Source: Elusimicrobia bacterium RIFOXYA12_FULL_51_18
Lineage (GTDB): Bacteria > Elusimicrobiota > Elusimicrobia > Elusimicrobiales > UBA9959
Direction of reading: 5' to 3'
Length of the DNA: 64,000 nucleotides
NCBI GenBank assembly: GCA_001800245.1
Contig: MGVA01000008.1
Location: 2,702-66,701 of the forward strand
The notes beneath the pieces are model-generated. The model made no database searches. It saw only the letters and a program-made list of their open reading frames with translations, and was not told the origin of the DNA. Made by a program: the position numbers and the translations under genes. This document shows, one piece after another, positions 18,370 to 26,655 of the stretch (positions within the stretch are counted from its first letter, which is position 1; every line of letters begins with the position of its first letter).

Positions 18370-19923
18370 TTATTTGATTTTTTGAAAGGCTGATAACTTA
18401 AGTTTTTCAGCGTAGCCGCGGAGCTCATCCCGGTCCATTCCAATAAGCCAAGGCATGCCCCATACGATAGCCGCTGCAGCAACAAGGTATAAACACCCTG
18501 AGATAAGAAAAGGCGGCAGCAAATGGAACTTATCGGCCGCAGCCATCCCGACAAAAACCGAAGCCATACACAATTTCGTCAGGTAACCGGTGATCAGCAT
18601 GGCTCCAAGCCCCACTATTTGATATACGTAGTCAAATTTCCAGCCGTTATCGCGGGCTATGACCCAAAGCATCACATTTACCGCGCAGATATTGAGAACA
18701 ACCATTTTCGCGGCCATTCCCAACGCCCCGAGATTTAAGCCCGGTACCAACACCCCCTCGGACGGAGCCTGTATAAGATAGGAGATCGGCAGGCTTATGA
18801 GCATGAACAGACCGGAAACGGCCAGGTACTGTTTGGTCCGTTCGCCGGCCAGCATCATAGTGCCGGTTATCTGCCCCAGCGACTGGTGCACCGGAAAAAG
18901 CAGGACCAAACACAAAACCGGCCCCGCCGGAGCATACACTTTTCCAAGGAACACGCTGATTATCTGTCCGCTCCACGGGATAAGGAATCCCGATAGGACC
19001 GCACCGAACATATAAAGGCCCCTGGACACTTTACGAAAGATCCGTGATATCCGTTCCGTATTTTTCAGTTTAGCGGCCTCGGCTATTTCCTTCCAGAAAA
19101 TATTGAGGATGGAAGCCGTTGCGAGAACGCTTATGGTGGCGAACTGATAGGCTACCTGATAAAAGCCCTGCTGATTGGCGCCCCCAAAATGCTGGAGCAT
19201 CCATTTATCGGAAAAGTCATAGAGAAAACTGACCACCGACAGAGCCGCCAGAGGAGCGCAGTAAGCCCGGTACTCCGCGAACATCTGTCCGAAGGTGGTC
19301 TCTCCGGACGCGGTTTCAGGCGCCGGCGCTAACGGACCAAGAACCCAAACAGCCGCCAGAGAAGCCGCAAGATACTGCAGAACAAGCAAAAGCAGGACGG
19401 CGCGCACCGAGATATGTCCGGACCTGACCATCAGGAAAGCCGCAGCCAGATACAGGATGGCCAGGGCGATATTCAAATACTGGACCCTTACTGTTTTTCT
19501 GGCGGCTTCGCCTATTTGAGCTATGGTAAGCCATATCTGCTGCTGGAAAAATGAGGCCGCGAACGCCAGCAGTATAATGGAACGTCCGTGCCCCAGCCAG
19601 ATCTTATCCAGCAAAGAGGCGGGCATAAGGAAAGCGACGACAGTTATCGTAAACAGGAATTGAAAAGCCAGCCAGAAACCGTAATAGGAATAGTACCGGA
19701 CGGGGCGGCGCACCTGTGAGATAAAGGTGTAGAACGCGTTAGATGTACCCAAGTCCATCAAAGAGCGGATAGCCCCAAAACTGCCCAGCAAAAAAGTCAG
19801 CTCTCCGTAACCTGCCGGAGTAAGTCCCCTGGCGATCACCAGGCCGGTAAGGAAACTGAACACCGCCCGGAGACCGTTTGACACGAGAGAGACGAAAAAA
19901 CGTTTTTTAACGGAGTGGGGCAT
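18370..19923 (-). CDS. wzx: Wzx-type oligosaccharide flippase (MOP superfamily), copy 1
   Basis: 517 aa with ~12-14 TM segments. The N-terminus KKRFFVSLVSNGLRAVFSFLTGLVIARGLTPAGYGELTF is typical of polysaccharide biosynthesis/flippase proteins. Confidence 0.75.
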   Translation of the reverse strand: MPHSVKKRFFVSLVSNGLRAVFSFLTGLVIARGLTPAGYGELTFLLGSFGAIRSLMDLGTSNAFYTFISQVRRPVRYYSYYGFWLAFQFLFTITVVAFLMPASLLDKIWLGHGRSIILLAFAASFFQQQIWLTIAQIGEAARKTVRVQYLNIALAILYLAAAFLMVRSGHISVRAVLLLLVLQYLAASLAAVWVLGPLAPAPETASGETTFGQMFAEYRAYCAPLAALSVVSFLYDFSDKWMLQHFGGANQQGFYQVAYQFATISVLATASILNIFWKEIAEAAKLKNTERISRIFRKVSRGLYMFGAVLSGFLIPWSGQIISVFLGKVYAPAGPVLCLVLLFPVHQSLGQITGTMMLAGERTKQYLAVSGLFMLISLPISYLIQAPSEGVLVPGLNLGALGMAAKMVVLNICAVNVMLWVIARDNGWKFDYVYQIVGLGAMLITGYLTKLCMASVFVGMAAADKFHLLPPFLISGCLYLVAAAAIVWGMPWLIGMDRDELRGYAEKLKLSAFQKIK

Positions 19924-19933
19924 ACAGCGGCTT

Positions 19934-21322
19934 TTATGTCTGCCTAAAGCCCCGGAAATCGGAGTTACTCTCCAAGTACAGTTTACGGGCTTCTTCCAGC
20001 GCCTGTTTTGTCTTATTGCCGAAATAGTTAGAGATTAGGACCTTGTTCGCCTCAAAAAGCATGGTATGCAGTTCTTTATCCGATACCTGAGTAAAGTTAA
20101 CGGATATCAGATCCGAATTCTTATGTTTATTCTCGTAAAAATCTTCACAATCTTTCAGCAATCCGGTTTCTATGGCATGGTAATAAAGCGGGGATCCGGG
20201 ATATGGCGTCACCGGCCTTATAGTCCGGAGCTGCGCGCCGTCATCATACTCAAGAAGGAATTTTACAGCTTTGTCCAGAGTCGCTTTAGTGTCTCCGATA
20301 TTGCCGAACAGGATATTGAACCCGGGGCTGACGCCCGCTTTCAAGGTCGCCTCTATTCCTTTTACGATCTGCTCCACCTTAAGCGCTTTATTCATTTTAG
20401 CCAGGACGCCGTTGTCCATAGACTCTATGCCGTAGTTAATAAAAACACAGCCGGCCTGCTTCATCAGCTTAAGCACATCCGGCTTCGCGTAATTCAGTCT
20501 GCCGTTGCAATGCCATTTGACGTTAAGTTTTTTGCGTATAAAGGCTTTGCATATCTCCTCTGTCCTTGCCACGGAAGACATAAGCAGTTCATCGAAAAAC
20601 GCCACATAATTAATGCCGTAGTCGGCCTTCAAAAGTTTGATCTCTTCTATTATCCCCTCCGCGGACCTGGGCCTGAATCCCTTATCCATCCGATAGCAGA
20701 AGGTGCATTTAAAAGTACATCCCCGGCCCGATATCATGGGCAGGACGAAATCGGTGTTCGTACAATTAGGTTCCCTTAATAACCGGTAGTATTTTATCGG
20801 AAAAATATCATAGGCGGGCATCGGGATGGAATCGATATCCTGTATAAGTTCCCTTCTTTCGTTTATTATGGTCTTCCCCTGCTGTCTGTAAGCTATACCT
20901 TTTACGGAGGCCAGCGGCTTTTTCGCCGCCACAGCCTTCAGCAGTTCTATTATGGTCACTTCCCCTTCGCCGATAATCGCGACATCGGCCTGGGTTTTGC
21001 GCAGGAAAAAATCAGGCTCAGGAGAGGGACCGTGGCCCGCGATCACATAAAACGGCCTATGCTTTGACCGGTTGATCGCTTCGGAGATACGCAACAGTTT
21101 TCTGTATTGGTAATAACCGCCGATAACACCGACGCCTACAACATCAAAACGGTTTTTATCCAGGTAGTCCACGAGATGGCTTTCGGGATAATGATGAATA
21201 TCCTGACTATATATCTCCACCTCAAAACCTTCTTTTCGAAGGACGGAAGCTATGTAAGCCAATCCGATGGGAAAGGTGTGTATGTACATTCCACTATCAT
21301 AAGCTATGAGCAATATTTTCAT
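19934..21322 (-). CDS. B12-binding (class B) radical SAM enzyme, candidate C-methyltransferase
   Basis: N-terminal cobalamin-binding-like Rossmann region (KILLIAYDSGMYIHTFPIGLAYIASVLRKEGFEV...) followed by SGRGCTFKCTFCY (CxxxCxxC). Confidence 0.8.
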   Translation of the reverse strand: MKILLIAYDSGMYIHTFPIGLAYIASVLRKEGFEVEIYSQDIHHYPESHLVDYLDKNRFDVVGVGVIGGYYQYRKLLRISEAINRSKHRPFYVIAGHGPSPEPDFFLRKTQADVAIIGEGEVTIIELLKAVAAKKPLASVKGIAYRQQGKTIINERRELIQDIDSIPMPAYDIFPIKYYRLLREPNCTNTDFVLPMISGRGCTFKCTFCYRMDKGFRPRSAEGIIEEIKLLKADYGINYVAFFDELLMSSVARTEEICKAFIRKKLNVKWHCNGRLNYAKPDVLKLMKQAGCVFINYGIESMDNGVLAKMNKALKVEQIVKGIEATLKAGVSPGFNILFGNIGDTKATLDKAVKFLLEYDDGAQLRTIRPVTPYPGSPLYYHAIETGLLKDCEDFYENKHKNSDLISVNFTQVSDKELHTMLFEANKVLISNYFGNKTKQALEEARKLYLESNSDFRGFRQT

Positions 21323-21363
21323 AAGTTTAGACCTTGAGTTATATTCGGAACCGCATCACTGCG

Positions 21364-22041
21364 CTATTTATCAGCGTTTTCAGGCTTAACACCATACCCC
21401 ACCAGCATCAGTTCGCGTGACCATTTAAGGAACGGGGTCCGGGCACGGACAGGGATGAATGGCGACAACAGACCACACACATAGCCGAGAACCGGATATT
21501 TCCATACCAACGGAAGCTGCCGGAATTTGAACGTCCTTATATCCCTGAAATCAAATATGCGGTAAATATCAGTGAGAGCGTAGAGACTGAACGGCGTTCG
21601 GTGCGTGTAATCGTCAAAATAGACTTTATAACAAGACTCCCAGTCCGGAACCAGGGTTATAAGCATGCCGCCCGGTTTAAGCACCCGTCGCGCTTCCTGA
21701 AAGTAGGCCCCCGGATCTCGAAGGTGTTCAATAAACGACTTTGAATATACCACATCAAAACAATCGTCCGGATAAGGCATGGGGGATTTTTCGATGTCAC
21801 ACACCCCGATCTCAATTTCAGGATTTTGGAGTTTAGCTTCTTCTGAAATATCCAACCCCACAGTTTGCAGCCCCAGTTTTTTAAAATTTATCAGAAATTC
21901 ACCGCGGCCGCATCCGACTTCCAGGAATTTCATGCCGGACTTTAAATCAAATCTGGAAAAGAGATGCTTTGCCAGTTTTTCCGGGTAGTCGGTTTTAGGA
22001 CGGACATTTTCGTCGTACACAACTTTAAGGTAGTCGTTCAT
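21364..22041 (-). CDS. Class I SAM-dependent methyltransferase
   Basis: FLEVGCGRGEF (motif I), FDVVYSKSFIEHL, LKPGGMLI. Confidence 0.8.
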   Translation of the reverse strand: MNDYLKVVYDENVRPKTDYPEKLAKHLFSRFDLKSGMKFLEVGCGRGEFLINFKKLGLQTVGLDISEEAKLQNPEIEIGVCDIEKSPMPYPDDCFDVVYSKSFIEHLRDPGAYFQEARRVLKPGGMLITLVPDWESCYKVYFDDYTHRTPFSLYALTDIYRIFDFRDIRTFKFRQLPLVWKYPVLGYVCGLLSPFIPVRARTPFLKWSRELMLVGYGVKPENADK

Positions 22042-22047
22042 AATAGA

Positions 22048-22890
22048 TTATAGCGAGAACGAAGCGATGACTGTGTCGGTAAGGCCAAGGGACGCCAGCT
22101 GCTTTTCATACGCGGCGTGAAGTTCCGGGGAATCCAAAAAGCTCCATTTTTGATGGCCGCCCGGCAAACCTTTTGAAAGCCAGTGAAGATGGTTGGAAAC
22201 GGGATATCTCTGGATACCTTTGATATAATCCACTTTAAGCCCGGCTTTATCCGCAAGAAGTCGCAGGGTGTCGCGGTTGAAAAGGAACAGGTGGCAGCTC
22301 CAGTAGGTAAAGTGGGAAAAGGGCTCGGACTCGTATAGCTTCAGCATGGCGTCATCGGAGCTGGGAACTTCCAATATAAGGTGTCCGCCTTTTTTCAAAA
22401 AGCAGGCAAGACGCCGCAACTCTTTCGCGGGATCAGGGAGGTGCTCCACTACGTGAAACGCCGTAATCAGGTCGAATTTGCAGTCAACTTCGCTTAAAGC
22501 TTTAAAAACCTTCAGTCCCCGCGACTCGTAATGAGGCGTAAGTCTTGTTTCCAGTTCCAGGCCGACAGCCCTGGCAGCCGCAGCTTTTGCCGCGACCAGA
22601 AATCCCCCGTTCCCGCATCCGAAATCAAGCAGGTCCCTGTTTTCCATGGCCGAAGCGAGGAATTTAAACCGGCGTTCATCATCCCATCGCGTGGTTTTAC
22701 ACCAGGCCTCAACTTCGGGCATCGTGTCATGCATTTTTGAGTTCTGGTAAAACTTTTCCGTTATATGACTAAACGAGGAGAGAAAGACCAAGCCGCAGGA
22801 ATGGCACTCATGCACGCTCAATTTTGAATTGTCCCGCACTTTCCCCGGCCTTTTCCCGAATTTTTTACCACCGCATATATAACATCTCAT
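22048..22890 (-). CDS. Class I SAM-dependent methyltransferase with N-terminal zinc ribbon
   Basis: The ATG at 22890 gives MRCYICGGKKF...HECHSCGLVFL (CxxC...CxxC). Then LLDFGCGNGGF, FHVVEHLPDP, LKKGGHLI. Confidence 0.8.
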   Translation of the reverse strand: MRCYICGGKKFGKRPGKVRDNSKLSVHECHSCGLVFLSSFSHITEKFYQNSKMHDTMPEVEAWCKTTRWDDERRFKFLASAMENRDLLDFGCGNGGFLVAAKAAAARAVGLELETRLTPHYESRGLKVFKALSEVDCKFDLITAFHVVEHLPDPAKELRRLACFLKKGGHLILEVPSSDDAMLKLYESEPFSHFTYWSCHLFLFNRDTLRLLADKAGLKVDYIKGIQRYPVSNHLHWLSKGLPGGHQKWSFLDSPELHAAYEKQLASLGLTDTVIASFSL

Positions 22891-22979
22891 AATTCTTTCC
22901 CGGTTGAGTTTTAAGATAGAACCCTTTACAACCCCTGCAGCCCCGCGAATACCGCGCATTTCGTTATCACAGAAGCGGC

Positions 22980-23429
22980 CTATTTTATTTCCTGCACAAG
23001 CTCCAGTATTATGCCGTCCGGATCGTGCGCGTACATCACCTTAACCTTTCCATCCGGCGACACTTGCGGCTTACTGTTACAGGCGAACCCTTCCGCGGTA
23101 AGCTTCTCATAAAGCGGGTCAATATCGTTAACCGTAAAAGCCACATGCGAACATCCCAACCTATTGGATCTGGCCGGTGCGGAGGCCGAAGAGGTGTCCG
23201 GGTGTGAGATATAATTCAACAGCTCTATAATGTAGCCGTCTTGCGTTCGCAGTTTTATCCACTCAAGTTCAACGCCCTTTATTCCCACGACCGAATCTAT
23301 ATACGGACCTTTTTCCTTCTTCCGTCCGACAACCTCGAGCCCCAATACGCCGCTGTAAAAATCAAGCGAACGGTTTAGGTTTGAAACCACAAGCCCGGTA
23401 TGACGGGCGGATCTAACTACTTTTTGCAT
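22980..23429 (-). CDS. VOC (glyoxalase/bleomycin-resistance/dioxygenase) family protein
   Basis: The ATG at 23429 gives MQKVVRSARHTGLVVSNLNRSLDFYSGVLGLEV... and ...HVAFTV, HDPDGIILELVQ, typical of VOC paired beta-alpha-beta-beta-beta modules. Confidence 0.7.
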   Translation of the reverse strand: MQKVVRSARHTGLVVSNLNRSLDFYSGVLGLEVVGRKKEKGPYIDSVVGIKGVELEWIKLRTQDGYIIELLNYISHPDTSSASAPARSNRLGCSHVAFTVNDIDPLYEKLTAEGFACNSKPQVSPDGKVKVMYAHDPDGIILELVQEIK

Positions 23430-24153
23430 AAGAATCCAGATATGATTTAAGCGGGTGTCCGCCGCGCGCGACCTCGAACTCAAGCAGTTCAAAATCCTCT
23501 AAAATATCCACCTCGACGCATCGCGGAGAAATAAAAGCCTTCATCGCGTCTCCATGAAGGTTCCCGGCCCGTTTCAGATGCGAAACGCGGATAACGTCGA
23601 CATAACCGTCAGGGACGTAAGCCGTGAGGAAGTTCTGGCGCGGTTGGTTCGCATCATCGCAAGTGAGGCCGGACATAAGCGGCAGAAAACACCCCTTTGC
23701 GGTCCGCCTGAACCACTTAAAGGGAGATTCCGGAGCCTCATGAGCGGAGCGGAGAGATGTGGATGCGAGGTCATCTTCCATAAGGTCCACGGCTTTATCG
23801 ATGGCCTCTGGATCACGCAGTGGCGTGGTAGGCCTGAGGTGGACGATAAGGTCCGGGGTTCGTTTCTCGGAGCGTTCGAGCCAGTTTACCACATGATGCA
23901 TCACTTCATAATCGGTTGAATTATCCGCCGCGAGTTCCGGCGGGCGCATAAACGGCGCCTCGGCGCCATACATCCGGGCTATTTCCGCTATTTCCGGGGA
24001 ATCGGTAGAGATCAGTATACGGGATATTTTCGCCGCCTGTTTGGCCGCGGCTATTGAATAGGCGATCAACGGGTGACCGCCCACGGGTTTTATGTTCTTT
24101 CCGGGGACGCCTTTAGAACCGCCCCTCGCCGGAATAACGGCATATGTGATCAT
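23413..24153 (-). CDS. Acylneuraminate cytidylyltransferase family (CMP-ulosonic acid synthetase), copy 1
   Basis: AVIPARGGSKGVPGKNIKPVGGHPLIAYSI N-terminal signature. Confidence 0.85.
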   Translation of the reverse strand: MITYAVIPARGGSKGVPGKNIKPVGGHPLIAYSIAAAKQAAKISRILISTDSPEIAEIARMYGAEAPFMRPPELAADNSTDYEVMHHVVNWLERSEKRTPDLIVHLRPTTPLRDPEAIDKAVDLMEDDLASTSLRSAHEAPESPFKWFRRTAKGCFLPLMSGLTCDDANQPRQNFLTAYVPDGYVDVIRVSHLKRAGNLHGDAMKAFISPRCVEVDILEDFELLEFEVARGGHPLKSYLDSYAKSS

Positions 24154-24187
24154 GTTATAAAAACCTGCGGGAAACCCCGGGCCAAGT

Positions 24188-24197
24188 CCCCCCCCCC
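24188..24197. repeat. C10 (G10 on the coding strand) homopolymer in the 78-nt spacer between the NeuB-like gene and the cytidylyltransferase gene
   Basis: The length is confirmed by the antisense track ORF 24073..24354, which reads ...AKSPPPG (tcc ccc ccc ccg). Confidence 0.9.
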
Positions 24198-24231
24198 GGG
24201 AGCAGGGCCAGCTTTTCCGGCACCTTTCTTA

Positions 24232-25071
24232 TTAGCTTTGGAAGATATGACCGCGCAGTTTTTGGCTGATAGGCACTTCTTTGGGATGAACGGAGACCTT
24301 CCCGTCGCCCATAGACTTTTCTATTTTTCGCACCGCGCCGACCAAAGCGTTTAGACCGGCCGGCTCCAAGGAAGCCGCTTGGTCCGAGCCATACATGGAC
24401 CTGTCCAACGTTATATGCCTTTCCAAGGAGGTTATCCCCAGAGCGGCAGCCGCGTACGAAACTGCCAGACCGGTTTCATGTCCGCTATATCCGACATCGC
24501 ACTTATAGCGTTCTTTGAGCGTTTTAATGCAGTTCAGGTTGGCGTCCTCGTCTTCCATGGGATATGTGGATTTTGTGTGCATCAGTTCAAATGGGCAGCC
24601 GGCATTTTTAAATATCTCGACCGCTTTGTCCACCTGCTCCAACGTACTCATACCCGTGGAAATAAAAGCATGCTTTTTTTCGGAAGCTATTTCTTTAAGC
24701 AGGCCCAGATCCACGATCATAGCCGAAGCCACTTTATTGTATTTGCAGTTGAACTGCCTCAGAAATTTTTGGCTGTCCACGTCCCACGCGGAAGCGAACC
24801 ACTCGATTCCAAGCTCCTTGCAATAACGGTCTATCTCTTTGTACTCCGTAAGTCCGAACTCAAGCGCCTCTTTTTGCGCTCTCTGGGTCTTGCCCCATGG
24901 AGACTCTCTCGGAGAATCAAGCAGCTCCTTGGTGTAAACCTTGTTTATGGTGCGTTTCTGGAATTTAACAGCGTCGCACCCGGAGAGTTTGGCCAGTTTT
25001 ATAAGTTCTTTAGCGATATTTATATCGCCGTTGTGATTTATTCCCACTTCAGCAATGATGAATATAGACAT
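24232..25071 (-). CDS. NeuB-family ulosonic acid synthase lacking the C-terminal SAF domain
   Basis: The ATG at 25071 (SD GGAGAAAAA) gives MSIFIIAEVGINHNGDINIAKELIKLAKLSGCDAVKFQKR. Also YSGHETG. The product is only ~279 aa, whereas the second NeuB (46446..47453, 335 aa) keeps the SAF-like tail. Confidence 0.8.
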   Translation of the reverse strand: MSIFIIAEVGINHNGDINIAKELIKLAKLSGCDAVKFQKRTINKVYTKELLDSPRESPWGKTQRAQKEALEFGLTEYKEIDRYCKELGIEWFASAWDVDSQKFLRQFNCKYNKVASAMIVDLGLLKEIASEKKHAFISTGMSTLEQVDKAVEIFKNAGCPFELMHTKSTYPMEDEDANLNCIKTLKERYKCDVGYSGHETGLAVSYAAAALGITSLERHITLDRSMYGSDQAASLEPAGLNALVGAVRKIEKSMGDGKVSVHPKEVPISQKLRGHIFQS

Positions 25072-25087
25072 TTTTTCTCCTTTTATT

Positions 25088-25939
25088 TCAACCCCGGGGA
25101 ACTCCCCAGTAATGGCATTTCCCGCACAACTTAAGAGTATCGCGCCTGCCCTCGATATGGGCGCGGACATATTCCCGCCTTTTGGGGGAATTCCAGATGT
25201 CCGCGAGGGCTTCCCGCCCCGCATTCCCTATCACGCCATCCCGCTCAGGATCGAACCGCACGCAAAATGAAACATCGCCTTCCGTATTAATGGCCATATG
25301 GTTCATTATCTCGATACAGAACCCCACTTCGGGAATTACGGTCCGCTTCGTATACCCAAAACTGCCATCCGGAGAATGAAGCACGCGCGGGACCATCAGA
25401 CAACCGGTTTGCCGGTAAAGGGAAAGACGTTCTTCACCTATTTCCCCAAGGCAGCGGATCACTATTCGCGGCGACGCCGCGCCTTTAAGCTTCAGGAACT
25501 CTCGCAGAATTTTGAATTGATCTTCCCATTCCTCATCGCGCTCGAAAGTCGAAACTGTAACCGTATCTAACCGGCCTATGATATCGCCCGCCCGCTGAAC
25601 AAGCAGTTTGCCGTTAGTATCGAAGCATCTAACCTGTTTCTTGAAATAGTCCAGTGCTTTAGGCAGCTCCGCGTAGAGGAGCGGATCGCCATTGTTATGG
25701 AACTGCACCACGATGTCCGGCGGAAGCTGGCGGGCTATCTTCTCCACAAGCGAAAGGGCCATATCAAGGTCGAACACCATTTTTCCCGGATTATCGGCCT
25801 CGATCTTACGACGCCCGCACATCCAGCACCGCTTATTACAGCGGTTGGTAAGTTCCAGATTGACGGTGGTCAGACCGTTCAAGCGGCTTTTATCAGCGGG
25901 CGGAATACTATTCATGAAGATTTGGCAATGCCTTTTCAC
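25088..25939 (-). CDS. Radical SAM protein with C-terminal Cys-rich (SPASM/twitch-like) region
   Basis: LELTNRCNKRCWMCGRR (CxxxCxxC) and C-terminal FCIE...FCVRF...LCGKCHYWG. Start may be the ATG at 25915. Confidence 0.75.
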   Translation of the reverse strand: MKRHCQIFMNSIPPADKSRLNGLTTVNLELTNRCNKRCWMCGRRKIEADNPGKMVFDLDMALSLVEKIARQLPPDIVVQFHNNGDPLLYAELPKALDYFKKQVRCFDTNGKLLVQRAGDIIGRLDTVTVSTFERDEEWEDQFKILREFLKLKGAASPRIVIRCLGEIGEERLSLYRQTGCLMVPRVLHSPDGSFGYTKRTVIPEVGFCIEIMNHMAINTEGDVSFCVRFDPERDGVIGNAGREALADIWNSPKRREYVRAHIEGRRDTLKLCGKCHYWGVPRG

Positions 25940-26019
25940 ACACGAACAAAGTCATAAAACCGGTAAATATTATACCTTTTGTTATCGCACAGTTAAAAGC
26001 GGCATCAGCGTCAAAAGGC

Positions 26020-26601
26020 TCAACCGCCGAACAGTTCCTGCTCAACTATTTCACATAAAGCATGCCCTATGAGGATATGCATTTCCTGTACCCTTGGAGT
26101 GCAGGAGGAGGGAACGCTTATGCAGCAGTCCGCCTGATCATACAAAGAGCATTTCTTGTTGCCGCCTATAAAAGTTATAGTTTTAAGCCCCATCTTACGG
26201 GCGGTCGCTACGGCTTTCATCACATTCTTGGACGTTCCGCTGGTCGATATCCCAAGCAGCACGTCCCCCTTCCGGCCCTTCGCCTCTACCTGTCTGGAGA
26301 AAACCTTTTCAAAATCATAATCGTTGCCTATCGCGGTAAGGGAGGAGGTGTTTATAGTGAGCGCTTCGGCATCCAACGCGCGGCGCTCCATAAAGAACCG
26401 GCTTACGAATTCGGTCGCCAGATGCTGGGAATCGGCTGCGCTGCCGCCATTGCCGCAGATCAGCAGGCGGGCGTTCCTTTTAAAAGCCGAAACCAGAATT
26501 TTAGCCGCTTTATCCATCCGCCCATGCAGGCCGGGATCGGAGGCGACATGTTTCGCCAAATCCAGATGTTCAGATAATATTTTTTCAGTGCGAACGCTCA
26601 T
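26020..26601 (-). CDS. gmhA: D-sedoheptulose-7-phosphate isomerase (SIS domain)
   Basis: LLICGNGGSAADSQHLATEFVSRF, AIGNDYDFEKVFSRQVEA, LLGISTSGTSKNV and QEMHILIGHALCE match GmhA closely. Confidence 0.85.
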   Translation of the reverse strand: MSVRTEKILSEHLDLAKHVASDPGLHGRMDKAAKILVSAFKRNARLLICGNGGSAADSQHLATEFVSRFFMERRALDAEALTINTSSLTAIGNDYDFEKVFSRQVEAKGRKGDVLLGISTSGTSKNVMKAVATARKMGLKTITFIGGNKKCSLYDQADCCISVPSSCTPRVQEMHILIGHALCEIVEQELFGG

Positions 26602-26655
26602 ATTGTATTCCTCCGAGAGCGACTCCGGCTTTGGATATCGAATATTTTAACCGCC

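Noticed and set aside
24154-24231. The idea that the G10 tract caused a frameshift that truncated the NeuB-like protein, removing its SAF domain.
   Set aside because: Only 78 nt separate the NeuB-like stop from the next gene's ATG. That is far too short to encode a ~60-aa SAF domain in any frame.
24232-25224. N-terminal extensions in the track. Examples: 24232..25224, 34084..35709, 2884..4221, 22048..22959, 45251..46465, 48094..49245, 51433..52446.
   Set aside because: The extensions overlap upstream genes or lack homology. Internal ATGs with SD sites or ATGA-type coupling reproduce the canonical family N-termini, so shorter coordinates are reported.
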